The notes under the pieces are model-generated. The model worked only from the letters and a program-made list of their open reading frames with translations, had not been told where the DNA came from and did no database searches. A DNA stretch of 64,000 bases from the human T2T-CHM13v2.0 reference genome, Homo sapiens, in NCBI RefSeq assembly GCF_009914755.1, contig NC_060929.1, one strand, 5' to 3'. This document shows, one piece after another, positions 43,581 through 58,360 of the stretch (position 1 is its first letter; the number at the start of each line of letters is the position of its first letter). The position numbers and the translations under genes were made by a program.

Positions 43581-46029
43581 CCTATTTATGCTACCTCTTT
43601 ACCTTGCTAACCTGTACATAACTGAAGCTCAAGTTCTACTATATCCACCTACCTCTCTCTGATAATAACAACCCAGAGATATTAATAGTGTTCTCTATTT
43701 ACTCACAGCACCCAATTAGTATTTAATGACATTATGTTTTATAATATTATAATTTAAATGACTATATGAATATAGTTTCTCACTTGACAGCCACTTGAAG
43801 ACATGATCATGAATTAGGTGTATGTCTACTTACAGTGCTCCGTTTAAAGGAGGAGGGAGAATGACAATGGGCTTGAGATTTGACAAAGACAGAAATAGCG
43901 TTCGCTATAAAATAGAATGAGCCCAGAGCAAGCTGTCAAACTATAAATGGACAGAAAATGAAATGCAACAGGAGGTTGTGAAAGAAAGATAATTAACACA
44001 AGGTAGAAATATGTTTGTAAGAGGAAAGTAAAATTCTGAAAAATAAACAAGGATAAGTGGCTTATTTTTGCTGAGATGACAAGATGAGTATATTGAAAGT
44101 ATTCAGCAACATATCTTGATTTTGTAGTAAAGTTTTGTTTCTTTATATGAAATCTGTCTAGCTTTAAATTTATTAGCTTTAAAATTATTCCTAGAAAAAT
44201 CTATAGAAATGTATTGAAAAGAGGAGACTGTTCGCTATTATTTAGTTTACAACAAGCTTTAATTAAATTGATCTAGTAATTTGAATCAATTTTGGGTATA
44301 TCTGGAATACATTTTGGTATATATGCAAAGCATATATATAACATAAGCATGATGACATATAATTTAACCTATTTAAAAGATTTATTTTAAAATCCTTTAA
44401 ATAATTATTAGCATATATATTCACATATTATTATTCATTAATATAGTTCATGTTATAGTTGAAAATACTAAAGCATATTTTAAAATTATGTAATTAATAT
44501 TGTTGAATACATTGGAATGATATTACTGCTAATTTGAATGAATGATAAAATCATCAAATCAAAAATTTTCTGAGTCCTGCTATGAACGAAATACTGTGGC
44601 AAATGAAAAGAAACATGATTTAGCTAGGGATGGTATTTAACAGTAATTACATTTAAGTAATAAGAAAAATTGCAAAAAAATTGCAGTTGATACGAACATT
44701 ATCAACGTGATCAGAAGATGGAAAGAGCATTGCAGGTTGAATGGATACAATTCATTCAGGGGCTTTATGGAGAAGCACTTTGAACTGATTCATGAAAATC
44801 GTAAATGTGGGTCAGGTAGAGGTGATGGATACAGTATGGGGGCCACTTTGGCCGTCTGTCAGTAGAATATTTTAGCATGAATTAAGATTTCTGTAGGAGG
44901 GAGTGAGAAGTTAAATTGGGGCCATAATATGGAGAACTTTAAAAGTTAGGGTAATACATTTAAACAATGAAGAGTTATTGAATGTTGCAATGGTCATTCC
45001 TTACCAGATGGTTTATCTACCTCCACTCAAAGTACATCTATTGAACATCAGCTACTTGTAAGGCACTGTACTGAGTGTTATAAGAAAATAAAATTAACAA
45101 TCACAACTTCTGCCCTCAAGTCATTTGCAGTCTACAGTAGATACATATAGTTTATATTGGAGAAAATATGTGTACATGAATGACTATTACATAAATCAGA
45201 ATATAGGTAGAATTATGAGATGTAAGTGTAAATCAAATATTAAGACACAACAGGAGAAAAATAATTAATTCCAGCTGGGAGGATCAGCAATGAGCAGGCA
45301 TTTAAGTTGGTCATTGAAAGATGGGGGCAACTTTGACAACACCTTCTCTCTATGAGGGGAACATGCTTTTTAAATAGGAAAACCAAGGACATAGGGGTAG
45401 GAAATTGCAGAACAAATTAAAGGCCCAGAAAGTAGTTTAACTTGGCTAGAACCCAAAGTATTTAAGGAGGACAAGTGGGAGGTATGGCCAGAAATGGAGA
45501 ATGAGGCCTGGACTTGAAGGGGCTTTAACGCCAAGCTAAGAAGCTTGACTCTTTAAAAAAAAAAAACCTTCCCTGGCATTCTCATAAGCACCTCCAGGGA
45601 TTCATGTCCTGGTAATTGATATACATATGGTGAATGATAAGAACTGTACTTTTGGGAACTAATAGGAAAGGACTGTGAGTGGGATGAATTGGGGAGATTA
45701 CAGGCAGGAAGAACTTTGGGAGCCGTCATAACAGTGCAGGTGGGTCTATGAGGATTAGAATTAGTAAGTTCTTAATTAACCTCTCATCAGTCCGCACTTT
45801 CCATAGGGGCAATGAGAATATTAAATGGGAAACAGATTTCAAAAAGCTTTGCAGGGTATAAGAAGGTTCAAAGACTGAGTAGATGTGGGGATCAAGGTTA
45901 AGGAGAAATTAAGGATAATTTCATGATTTAAATCCTTAACTAAAAGATAATGTCTATCTTAAAATTAAATAAAACATGAAGAAAGCAGAATAGAAGAGTT
46001 ATTCTGGTTGCTTGGAAAATAGTGCATTT

Positions 46030-48860
46030 GGGTCCAAGATTTCAAAATGGCAGTCAAGCATGTTTATTTACTCATCCTTCATCTCTAATCCCGTTGAAGT
46101 CACAGTAAAGTAGTTAGGCTAGAAATTCATAACAACCAGGAGAAAGGGAGGCAGAGGTAATCAGCAGATGAGAGTTTTAACGCATTTCTGGATGATAGAA
46201 CAGAGAGAAATGTGAGAAGAGAGAATGGAGGAGATAGGACTCATGAACATGTGGAAAGTGGAATGGAAGATCATCCAGAACTAAGTAGGCAGATGTGGGG
46301 TGCAGGACATGGAAGCCATGGATGAAGGTTGGTCTATGCAGTGCAAGGGGTGCGTCCTTCCCTACCTCTGTGTATGGAGCTGCCGGGAGGCCTGGAGTTG
46401 CCAGAGCTGCTGGGAGCAGTCTCTGGCTGGCAGCAAAGTGCCCCTTTGAAAAATCACTTTTTCAAGACCATCCTGGCTAACACAGTGAAACCCCGTCTCC
46501 ACTAAAAATACAGAAAATTAGCCAGGTGTGGTGGCAGACGCCTGTAGTCCCAGCTACTCAGGAGCCTGAGGCAGGAGAATGGCGTGAACTCAGGAGGTGC
46601 AGCTTGCCGTGAGCCAAGATCACGCCACTGCACTCCAGCCTGGGCAACAGAGTGAGACTCCATCTCAAAAAAAAAAGAAAAAGGAAAAAGAAAAATCACT
46701 TTTGATATATTTAATGGTACGAAAGAGGTTAGCAAGCGGTGCTCTGAAGAAAACCTGGAGAAAACTGAGGTTTCTAGTGAACTACTGTTCTCATCCTGGC
46801 AGTCTGAATGCCCACTCAACATTTAAAATCCTCCCAGCCCATACTCTTGCTGATGACCACGTAATTTACGGTCATTCATCCCACTCAGGGAAGGGGCCTA
46901 TCTGAAGCTAGTATAGAGGAAACTCCTACAAGATATCTAGAATAACATACCTAGACTTTCATTCTTAAATATGAATGGATATTCAAGATACCAAACACTA
47001 AAGAAAAAGCAGTAGTAAGAAAATAAAGTGGTATCAAAGTTAGCAAAGAAGGAAAAAAAAAAAAAACCCAAGACAAGCAAATATATGTTATATACATATA
47101 AATATAAACATATATGAAATGTATAAAGATACATATTGACCCGAGAGGAAATAGAGGTAAGTTAGGAAACAGAAGAAATCTTCAAAAAATTCTATTTTAT
47201 TAGTATTGGTATTCATATTTGAGAAAGTATTACATCCATAAAACAAAAGCAGAATTTCATGAAAAAAGAAGTAAGCAAAACAAGAAATTACTTTTATAAA
47301 TTATAAGTGATTGTTGAAAAATAAAACTCGAAGAACATCAAGTAAAAACAAAATCAGCAAAATATGAGATAAGATATTATAAATCTGAAAAACCCCAAAT
47401 CAGATTAATAGGAATTCCAGAAATGGAAAGCAGAGAAAAGAGAGGTAGAGAAATTAACAAAATATTGGAAGAAAATTTCCCAGAGCTTAATTTAAGATTA
47501 GGAGAGCTCACTAAGTAATGTAAAGGACAGTCAGAAATACCCTCACAGCGATACATTCTTAAAGAAATTGCAGAACACTCAGGATGCAGATATGATCCTA
47601 GGGAAGTGTTTAAAAAGAAAAGTTTATCTAAAAGGCAAGGAGAATCAGACTGGTATTAGGCAGGCACACTGGGTGTTAGAATATAACAGAGTAATGCCTT
47701 CAAAGTTCTGAGGAAAAGTTATTTTGATATAAAAGTTCCATACTCAATCTATGAATCAAGTATTCGAGTAGAATCAAGATATTTTCAGACATGCAAGGGC
47801 TCAGAAAATTTACCTCCCAGCTGCACATTTTAAAGAAGATATTTCTCAATGATGGCCAGATGAGAGAGAGACCCAAGGAAGAAGTCACAGGTCCAAGCCA
47901 CGTGTGAACATAGGAAAGCCAGGCTGAGCGCTGTGTGGAGGCCCCACAAGCCATTGGTCCATGTGTGAGGAGGAGGGCCTAGGACTGTAGGAGACATGTC
48001 CCTGCGAAAAAGTAGATTTTGTCATATGGTTGAGAGTACATTTCAGGATATGGTAGAAGTATATGTTTCTTCAATTTACAAGGGAAAAACAAGATAATTA
48101 AACACCTCCTCCCCTCTGTCCTCCAAACTGAACCAAATATAAAAAGTATAAGAAAGCCATGGTTCAAATAGGAAGCTAACAAAAATGTGACGCGATATAG
48201 AACAATTGAGGCCACATGATAGAAGAGAATCCCTTTGTCTGGGATGACAGGAGTGCTTCCTTGTGCTGCCCAGTGTGGTGACATGACACTATCGAGAAGG
48301 ACAGGTAAACCAGTACATTTCTTGGCTTTGCAGTAAATAACATTTAAATAGTCATAAAGGCATGAATGGTGTTTATTGGTTTTTAAATTTTTAGAATTGA
48401 TTTATGCACCAAACATTAAAGATAATTATGGTTATAGTACAGAAGATAAATTATAAAATTAGAGGTTTAGATAATGGAATTTAGAAGAGAACAGGGGGCA
48501 GGAAAAGTGGAGGAAAGGGCAGGTGTGCTAATATCTTCATCACTGAACACACTGAGAAGTCACTAGATCATGTCAAAAGTTGACAGAATAAGACATAGAG
48601 GTTTTTAAAATATTTAAATTTCATATGTGACAAATAAGGAAATTGATAATAACTACAACATGTAGGGAGAATGGGTGAGTGATGGATTGAGTGAGCTAAA
48701 TGCTCATCTTTTATAAGCTTATCTTTGATAGTTAAAGACGTAAACAACAGCAAAAGTAAAATCAGAATTGTTAGAAGTGCTTACGTCTAGGGATCAGGTG
48801 GTGTGGGCCATTTATTTTATTTAATAGAGTAATTTAGTAAAATTGAACAACTAAAAACCA
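46030..48860 (+). mobile_element. HAL1 (Half-L1)-like or old L1 ORF1-bearing element
   Basis: 5' 'caaaatggcag'; degenerate ORF1 C-terminal DNA at 47380-47830 (ataggaattccagaa, gaaaatttcccagag, tgccttcaaagttctgagg, ttttcagacatgcaagggctcagaaaatttacctccc); no recognisable ORF2. Confidence 0.65.
46462..46689 (+). mobile_element. 5'-truncated AluY
   Basis: 'accatcctggctaacacagtgaaacc', 'gaatggcgtgaac'; 14-bp TSD gaaaaatcactttt at 46448-46461 and 46690-46703. Confidence 0.93.
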
Positions 48861-49564
48861 AAAGAAAGACAATACCAGTTTGATGCAATGGTAGATAGGT
48901 CGGAAAAGTTTCTTATAAGAAAAATAGAGAGATTTATAAGACTGAAATCTGCCTGTTTACTAGGCTATGACTGATGATATAGACAGCAGGCAAAAATCTC
49001 TCGTAGGTGAATTCCAGTGGTAAAGTTTGAGGATCAGAAAACGGAGTTAGAGTACCGATAAAAGCTAAACTTCAAGGTAAAGCCATTTTGGGGTAGTTAG
49101 TTGCTTTAGGAAGTGCTGCATTGTGTAGTAGTTTCTTAAGGATGTGGTGGCTCCCAGTTCAAGGACTTTGAAAAAATTTTCTTTTTCTGATTATAAAAGC
49201 AATAGATGTTCTTGTAGAAAATTGGAGAATTACAGAAAGTATAAAGAGGATTCAGCCTAATGAGTGTGTGGCACCCTACCACCCCCAGCCTTTTTTTTCT
49301 CTTCCTTGAAGCACCAAATGAAATAAACTCCCACCTCCATTACCACCCCCAGGTAAAAATTACCCCGCAGTAGGGCAAAAATCAGTAGTTAGGATAAGTG
49401 AAGTAGTTTAGCCTACTCATGGTATTCCCGAGCCACCATCCAAACTTTCTAGACTTGGAACACACCTCCTCCTACTGCCCTGTTACTACTTCAGCTGTCA
49501 CCAGAGAAATTCGCTAACATAGACTCAGGTGTTGCTACCTCGCAGAGGTGATGCAGCGAATTAA

Positions 49565-49825
49565 ACGCTTCTCAAAATTTAGTGTGTATAAGAATCATCT
49601 GTGGAGCTGCTCAAATAGTGCTGATTTCTGTAGCTTCCATTGGCCAGAGGTGGGGCTGAGAAATCTGAATTTCTAAGCACTTGCTACTCAAGTGTAGTCC
49701 GTGGATCAGCAACGCTGGCATTACCTGGGAGCTCGTTGAAAATACAGCACCTTGGGCTCACCCTAGACCTACGGAATCAGAATATGTATTTTAACAAGAT
49801 CACCAGGGGATTCGAAAAGCACTGG
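49565..49825. mobile_element. Adjacent MER5-like hAT-Charlie MITEs
   Basis: 'ttctcaaaatttagtgtgtataagaatcatct...' and 'ctactcaagtgtagtccgtggatcagc...tacggaatcaga...ttttaacaagat...aagcactg'. Confidence 0.7.
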
Positions 49826-52822
49826 GGTAGGTGATCTTATCATTGTTCTAGGTATCATTTTTTTGGTCAAACACCATCTAGCTGGTCTTAATTAAAGCAC
49901 TCCACTCAGAGTCAGTAGCAGTGATTTCTCACCACCATCTCTTCTCCCTTCTTCTTTTCCTCTTTGGGGAGCTTTAATCTTTTCACTGACATCCAGGAAG
50001 ACGGTAACCATAACATTTTCAGGTTTAACTTAAGTCAGTATCAAAGGAAGGAGGCCCTGAAGACACCTGTGGACTTCGTAGGATGACGGGTCAGCTGGAA
50101 TGGGGGCGGGGGGGCACATTCACACAGGAGCAGCTCACAGGGACCCGAGGGTCCTTTTTCAGCTGGGTCCTCCTTAGATCACTACTGGGGAATATATTAG
50201 ATATTGGTCAAAGGCGGTTATATGAATGTTTAGCAAGATCTGTGGCATTTTGTGGTGTTTTTGTGCATGCAGTGAGTTAGTTGATGAGGTAAATTAGCAC
50301 TTGTTCTTAGCTCCCAGCCCCAAGAGAAAGGAATCTGTGAGGAGAAAGAATTCAAGTCCACAGCTGAGGGGATTTTGGTAGCTGATGCACACTTAAACAT
50401 CCGGGGTATGACTTCTAGGACACTGATTATTATGGGAAAGATTCATGCAGGCCAGAAAATGTTTCAGTGGGACTAACATTTTTGAAACTATAAAATAGAA
50501 CCCTTTCAAACCCTTTGATCTAGTTTGTTTTTTAAAGAGAAAATTTGGAGTTATGTTTTCTTTACATATTTTGCTTCCTTTGAAATTTGATTGAAAACAG
50601 TCTGGGTATGTGTATGTCAAAGTTGTATTTTATTCATTGTTGGTTTGTCTCTTGCCCCTGGGCAGAAGTATGCGGGATTCGTCCTGCCCAACAATAGGAG
50701 ATGCATTTTCTACTCAAAGCATTCTTCCTAGGCATGGACTGTAGACGTTATTGTAGCATGTGATGATTCAGTTGCTTAGCACACAGTTCATTCCCTGGCT
50801 GCTCTGGAGATGGGGACAGCGTGCTTGTATTGGGTTTGAGCCAAGTCTGAGCCACGTCCGTCTGCTCGGGGCTGGCCGGCTGTGCTGTAACTCTGGTCAG
50901 CACTGGTTGTTACTCTCCTAGTCATCTTTTTATCTTCCTGGGTAATCTCGGGCTTAATTTGGTTCCTGCCTTTAATACTCCCATCTGGCTTCTTTCTTTC
51001 TTTTCTTTTTTTTTAAAACATCTGTCTGAAGCTTATATAGTCATCCTCATGAGCACTTGGTTATTTAGAGTAATAATTCTCTTCTGTGTGGACCTGGGAT
51101 CCATGTTAACTCCTTATATAGAACACAGAATAAGTTAGCTGCAAGTTTCATGTAACTCTTTAGATGCCTTGAGAACGTTCAGGTCATTTTCTTCTTTGGT
51201 CTCTCTGGTTGGTTGGTACCTATTCAACAAGCTACTTTGGGGAGCAAAGAGTTTGTGCCCCCTCCTGCAAATATTAACCATCTCTGAAGATGATATAGTC
51301 TTTGGAAGAAGATATAGTTGTGTAGGCACTCTAATCAAACTGATACAGATAGAAGTAAGATGTATGTAAGTTCAATGTTAGATTACTTCTCTGGAGGCAT
51401 TTGTCTTTTTATAGTCTATGCCTTTGTTATTAAGTATCATCTCTTGGTTTTTCATAATTTGTCTTGATACTTTTATTGAGGGATTAATTTAAGTGATCAT
51501 TGTAGGTAACAGAGTTTGTCTTTCATTTACTTGGTGTTAACATCAGTGGCTAAATTGATCAACCTCAGGGCTTGCTTTAAAGCAGAATGATAAGTAAAAG
51601 AGGCATGTGGAACTTTCTGAAGTGGAGAATGTGCCCGATATGTTGACTGCATGGATGGTTACAGGATAACTATATATATGTGTCAAAACCCATAAAATTG
51701 TACACTTAAAATTGGTGAATTTTGATGTACATAAATAATATCTCAATAAAGCCGATTAAAAAGAAACATAATGCTAAGTAAAAATTACCCAAATCTGAGA
51801 TTTTCCTACAACATTTTAGTTTGTTGTCCTCCAAACCACCCAAAGTTACATTCTTCCCTTTGCTCCTTAGATATTATAGTCATGATATCATCATCCACTA
51901 ATGGTCACAGGTGATAGGGTTTCAGAGGCTGGACAGATTCACTGGATTTGTGCTTATTTGTCTTGGAGAGATTAGATAAACTAGCATAAGGTGGATCCTT
52001 GTAAACTGTTACTCTTACTAGCTAATAGGAATGGTCAGAGGAGCAAACCATTCGTTGATGATTACATATCTGCATGTATTAATACAACAATTCTCAAATG
52101 CCTACTGTGTGCCAGGCTAAACACCAATAAGTGTGCCTAATTTGCATTTCTCTGGCCCTACTTCATTAATCTATGGCCTAGGCTTGTTTTCCTGAATCAA
52201 ACTAGTTTGGTTTTGCACTTCTCATTTGTCTTCCTTGAGTTAAAACAAACAAACAACAGACAAACCCCAAAACTTAATTGCTTCTCCTGTTTTAAAAAAG
52301 TGGTTGTGCATTGCTTTATTTGTATCACTTTGCATATCTGTTATCTCCCAAATGAGATGGTAAGGTCTCCGAGGGCAGGTGCCGGGTGTCCCCCATACAC
52401 CAGAAAACAACGCCTTGTGTAGAGTAGGTTTTTAATTCATGTTCTACCCTAGCACTTGCATGCCTCTATTATTGCATTTACCACACTTTACTAAATATAT
52501 CTTTGTGTTTGAGACCTCGTGAAATTATACACTCCTAAGTGGCTTGACTGACTGTGTGTTTTTATTCATTATTTTCTCAGCATACAGTACTGCACTTTGT
52601 AAGACATTTAAAAACCTTACTGACAAAGCAGGTTTATTAATGTAAGGGATGCTGAAAGACCCAACTAACCAAAATATTTACCCTTTTGTTCTTTAAATGT
52701 ACTTGAAATCCCAGACTTCTTACTTTTGTTTTGTTACTGTACTGTGACCTATTTGGGACCGTATGTTATCTGAGTGGAATGATACACTAGCAAGCTAACA
52801 CAGCCAGATTTAGTTTTTGGTT

Positions 52823-53087
52823 CAGTGTTTTTCAAATTTTTTGGATGGTAACCCATTTTAAGAAAATCATTTAACCTGGAACCAGGAATATAAAGATATA
52901 TTACATATATGCAGATATATGTATATACAGAAGCCGTACTTACCCCCTTAGATTTACTTATTGTAGTGATATACTGTGATATTTTCTTCTCTAATCTGTT
53001 TTATTCAATTTCTATTTTCAAAAATACAGGTTGTCAAAACTCACCTCATTGATTTCATGACTCACTAATGCAGTTTGAAAAACACTG
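52823..53087. mobile_element. hAT-type MITE with perfect 14-bp TIRs
   Basis: cagtgtttttcaaa (52823-52836) and tttgaaaaacactg (53074-53087). Confidence 0.8.
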
Positions 53088-53504
53088 GCTCTGTTTATTG
53101 CTTAATCCATTATGATGATCACACATCTATCTATGCTACGTATGGAGAGGAAAAAAAAGAATTCTGAAATGTAGTTCTGGATGTTCAGTGTTGCTAGAGG
53201 AGTGATGGTTAGTAGAGGAAAGACCTGTGGGCCCCTGGATTAGATGAAAGAGGGGCATTCAAGGACAAAGGGATGTGAGAAGAAGGGGCAGCAAAGACAA
53301 TTTCTCTTATTTCTCATTGGGCTGCTAGTCCAATGTACAACTATCTTTCCAAATGGACTGTGAACATTTCTAGGGCACTAACTACACATTATTCATATCT
53401 TCATTGACAAACAAGGGTCCTGGGCTTAATAAATGTTTGCCAAGTTGAAGATAAAATAAAGAGCTCATAATGATCAAGCACCTACGATGTGCCACATAGG
53501 CATG

Positions 53505-53887
53505 TGTGGTAGATGCTGTTGGTTTCTTGCTTGGCTTCCTTTACCTGCTTTAAAGATTGATTGTTAATACAGCTACCCTTTTCTCTATAAAATTACCATC
53601 TGGCTCCTCTGGTCTCTTTCTTCCCCTAAATCTCTAACCAGTGACCAATGGCCAACTGACTACAGAATACAAAAGTCCAGGCCCCTGCCTTAAGATGGGA
53701 CCAATCTGCAATATAATCTGTGTTCCAGAACTCTCCATGGGGTCAGGCTGAAGCTAGTCTCCAGCCGAGACCACATCTTGCTTAGCTTTCTTCCCTTGCC
53801 CATTCTACTTCTCTTACTCCCTCAAAAAATCACATTAACGAGAATCCCCACCTCAAGCTTTGCTTTTAGGGAATCCATCCTAAGACA
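53505..53887 (+). mobile_element. LTR16-like ERVL solo LTR
   Basis: tgtggtagatgctgttgg ... aagctttgcttttagggaatccatcctaagaca. Confidence 0.65.
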
Positions 53888-56680
53888 ATATGGTTCCAAG
53901 CAACTTACAGTATTGTCTATTTAGTCCTTAGAGCAAGCAACTCTTGGAGAGAGCCATTTATAAATGAGAAAACTCAGGCACACTGTGGTGAACTGAGATC
54001 CACAGTGAGGCAGTCTGAGAGCTTCTTGGCAAAGCTCTTAACCATTACATGAACTGCACCCAGCATCAAGTTTGTGTCTGGCTACCAGGACACATGATGA
54101 TTCTCTTGATGGGTCAATGGGCACTTGGGTAGAGGTGGTTGGTTCCCTAGCGCTGCATATCGAGCTGTTTACTAGTACTATTGAATGTATGTATAAGAGT
54201 GTTTAAAATTTTGAAAAGTATAACATAGAAATATTTATTAGTTCAATCCAAATTTTGTGGGTAGATGAAGGAAATCTCATCTTCTATCCTATCAATTTCA
54301 GTAACAGAGAACTAATTTTAAACATAAAACTAACGTGATAGATGATACTGGTGTATGCTCACTTTTTCATTGAACTTGACTAATCCACAGGCATTTGATT
54401 GAAAACCTGCCGGTGCTAGTGGTTGGAATCCAATTTGCAGTAAGTCACTTATTCACTGCTAAGGTTCACAGTTTCTAAGCTACAGAGAGATGAGGAAAAC
54501 ATTCGCAGTAAATTACCATTCTCTTTTTGAAAAACATGATTCTGGCTTTTTTTGTTTCATGTATTAGCTGTGTGGTTGCTGCTACCTGCTATTCTGTAAC
54601 TAGATTATCAATCACTGTGGCCAACACCAAATAAATATACTGATCACAGTTTAGACACTTTTAGAGTTTTCTTTTTAACATTGAAATTTGGAATATTGAG
54701 CACTTGGTTGTTTACTGCCTACAGTTAATTAGAGGAGTAGTGGTTAAGCAGTTTTTGTATCAGACCATGTTTCCATTTTCTGGTTGTGTGGTGCAGGGTA
54801 TGTTATTCAACATATCTAAGCTCAATTAGGTAATCTTTAAAATGAGATAATATTTTCTGTTTAATAAGATCGTGATAATAGTTCAGTAAGATAATAGATG
54901 TAAGGTGCTTAACATAGTACCTAATATGTAGAAGGCACTCATTAAAAGCTAGATCTTCTTCTTCTTGTTATTGATATTTGTTGTATTTTAGCCACCATCA
55001 TCCATTTTTTTTCTTTTGGTAACACTACCCTCATTTCCTTTTGGGGACTGACCTTTCTTCTGTTGTGGGGAGTCTTGGTGGGATTATCATTAAAGGTGGT
55101 TTGACCTTTCTTAGCTGATATATGCTGTAAGAGAGGCTGTTAGAGTCTCTTTTCTGGGACTCTGCTGCCTGAGAGGGTAGATACAAGGAAGGAAGCTAAA
55201 CAAACATAAGATGGCTGGAGCACATTCATCCATATGGCAGATCTGATGAGCTGCGAGAACTCAAGAGTGGCTCTGTCTCTACTCTTGCTGAGCCTGCTTT
55301 TTCAGGCCTTTGGTTCTCTAAGCCACATGTATCTTTGCAATGAATTGCCATTTATTCAAATTACTTGGAGTAGGGCTCTGTTTCTTGCAACCAAAGAATG
55401 CAAAATGAAATAAATATTAACTATATGGATATGATTAAGGCCAATTTTTCAAGGCAAGAAAATTGTGCTGTGAGTCTGAAATACATTATTTCTTGGACCT
55501 ATGATACCATTAAACTTATGACAGTATCAATGAGCAGCAAATAGGACTTGCATTGTGGTAAGATTCCCACTCTTGTTCACTGATGTACCCTGAGTACAGG
55601 ACCTGGTGCTCAGTGAACATTCACTAAGTGAATGGAGGAATATTCTTAGCCTGCCTTCTTAGGTTACATCATTCTTGCAGTTCAAATGATGTTCTGATTC
55701 TTTTGTAGTGGGTGGAACTTTATTATGTAGAGCTTCTTTTGAGGATGGAGTTCAATAGTTCTTTAAATGTATTGCTTCACGAATCCTCATAATGATTCCA
55801 AGAGATAGGTGTTTTAAATTTCCATTTTAGATTAGTTAACTGATGCTCAGATAATTTAAGAAAATTGCCTAAGGCCACACACTTTGTAAGAGGCAGAGCC
55901 AGAGTTTGAACACTGCTGTGCCCAATATCAAGACTTTATGTGGTTTTCAGTACCTCTGAATTATCCTCTTTATTTCATACCCTTTTGCTTCCTATTCTTT
56001 TCTTTCACAAACTTGTCTGGCATCCTATTTTTGTGCACTTCTTTGGGATAAGTACAAAGAATGATGTTATGACTATCAAGTATACAACTGACATCTAAAC
56101 AAGTATCTTAAAACTTGTACAGCCAAATGAGTATTGTCCCTCTTGAAGCGGTCATCTTGGGAAGTTGTGCTCTCTAATGCTTGATATATTGTTTACAGGC
56201 CTGCCTCCCATTCTCTCGAATGCTCTTAATGTGGCAACTCATTGTTTTTTGGGGTGAGATTTGATCTTGAAAACAGCCAAAGGCATTTGGAGGGCAATCT
56301 AGTGAAGTCATGCTGGAACGGACCATTTTAAATGAAAAACGAGGTATGAGCATAAGTGTTGAGAGTGGGCCAGTGCGTGGCTTTTGAATTGTTTTGAAGG
56401 CTGTTCTCCACTGGGGATCCCTAAAGTCTTTCCTGTCATCTAACAAATGTGATGCCCTGTGCTAAGCCCTGAATATACAGAGACAAGCAAGACGGGTATG
56501 AGCTTGGTCCTCCTGGGGATCCCAGTGTAGCACCGAACACGGATATAACAACAAATGATGGGTTTTCATTACATTTGTGACACATACACTAAAGAAAAGC
56601 CCAGGCTGTGATGAGAACCCATCCCAGAGGAGTCACGGAAAACTTCTGAGTAATTGCCATTTAAGCCAAGGAGGGCAGGG

Positions 56681-56900
56681 CAGTGTTTCTTAACCTCCAC
56701 AAGACTGACTTTTGAACCAGATAATTCTTTGTTGTGGAGGGATTCTCCTGTGCATTATGTGATGTTTAGCAGCATCCTTGGTCTCTGCCAACTAGAGGCC
56801 AGTCAGTAGCAACTCCCTCCAGCTGTGACACCCTTTACAAATCTCCAGACATCATTAAATGTCCCCCAGTGGACAAAATCACCCAGAAAAAGAACCACTG
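56681..56900 (+). mobile_element. MER20 hAT-Charlie MITE, full length
   Basis: TIRs cagtgtttct / agaaccactg; internal 'gataattctttgttgtgg...cctgtgcatt...gatgtttagcagcatcc'. A second MER20 fragment lies at about 57440-57503. Confidence 0.88.
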
Positions 56901-58360
56901 GTGGAGGTGAGAAAGGAGTGAGAATATTCCATGCAGAGTGAATAGCATGTGCAAGGCCTCAAGATGGGAAGGAAGAAGACAGGCATTTTTGTGGAACTGA
57001 AGGAATGCTAGTGAATTACTGGTGAGACAGCTGTGATGTTGGGATGGTTTGTAGCCTCCTTGTAATGAAGACAGTTGTCCCTGGCCTATTTTAAAAATAG
57101 TTCAATCTCCTACTCTTATGCTGCATACTTAGTCTCTGCCCTTATCTTTCTGTTCCTTTTCTTTTCTTCCTTACTTCCGTATTCTTTCTTCCTTCGGGTT
57201 TTCTAGAGTCTACCAGACAACTTAGGTGACAAGAAGTATGCCGGGTCATGCTGAATCCATTCATTGAGTATTCAGGCAAATATTTTAGTAGCAGCCTTTT
57301 CCTCAATTGGTTTGTGATCTTATAATAAACTGAGCCCACTTTGAGTTAATTAAAATGAAAATAAAAGCATACTGATAAGCTGGGAAAAATCCCTGTAGGG
57401 AGAGGGAGGCATCTAAACCAGAGGTTATAACAAAAAGGAGGGGGCTGCCCTGTGCGTGTCAGGATGTTCGGCATCACTGGTGTCCACCCACTAGATGCCA
57501 GTGGAACCAGGGTATTTACATATTTTAACACAATAAAACAACTTGTTGATGTTGTTGAATGAGGAAAACAGCTATCTCCCCTTAACTTTCTGGCTGTAGT
57601 AAAGGAAACAGGCAGCACAGGCACTGTGGGAAGCATGTAAATTACATGTGAGAGTCGATACTAATCCCTAAGCCCTAGGAGGGACCAGGGTGGCCAGAGC
57701 TGTCAGGTGGTTGCCTTTGTTCGCAGTCTTGTCAGCTTATCCCAGGGTGCAGTATAAGTATAATCATTATCTCTATTGTCCATACTGTGAAAACATTAGA
57801 AAGCAATGCTAGGTAAGCAAACTTGCTAGAACATTATATAAAATAGTATATATTGGTCTTAAATGAATAGTCTTGGGCTCTTTCATTTCTAAAAGGTTTT
57901 GTGTTACAAGGCCACAATTTAGCAGCTCTTCTCAGATACAGTTATTCATATTTTAAGTATTTTATTCTAATATCATTCACATGGATGACAATTTAGTTGT
58001 CTGCTGTTGTTGCCAGAGCACTGCTTCTGGCATACTACCTTTGATGTGACCCATTGCTATTTGTTTATTAGAAACCACTTTGATACTCAGATGAATGGAA
58101 TATTTCCTTTCATTGGAAAAATAATCAACTTTAACTTGCTTTTTCTTAAAGGGATGGGTTTTGAACCTCTGCCAGTTATTTTTGGTTGCTGTAATAAGTC
58201 TCAAAGACCATGAACCTCTCTGTTTAAAGACTGTTTAAAGTCTTCACCAAGACTTTAAGCTTCAAGAGGAAGCAGCCACTTTTCTTTTGTTCATGTAGCA
58301 TCTCCATCGTCCAACAGACATACAATAGGCTCCCTGTAAAAAATGGGTTGAATTATAATG

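Noticed and set aside
44300-44560. Very AT-rich block as a matrix-attachment or origin element
   Set aside because: Low complexity only; no specific motif supports a function.
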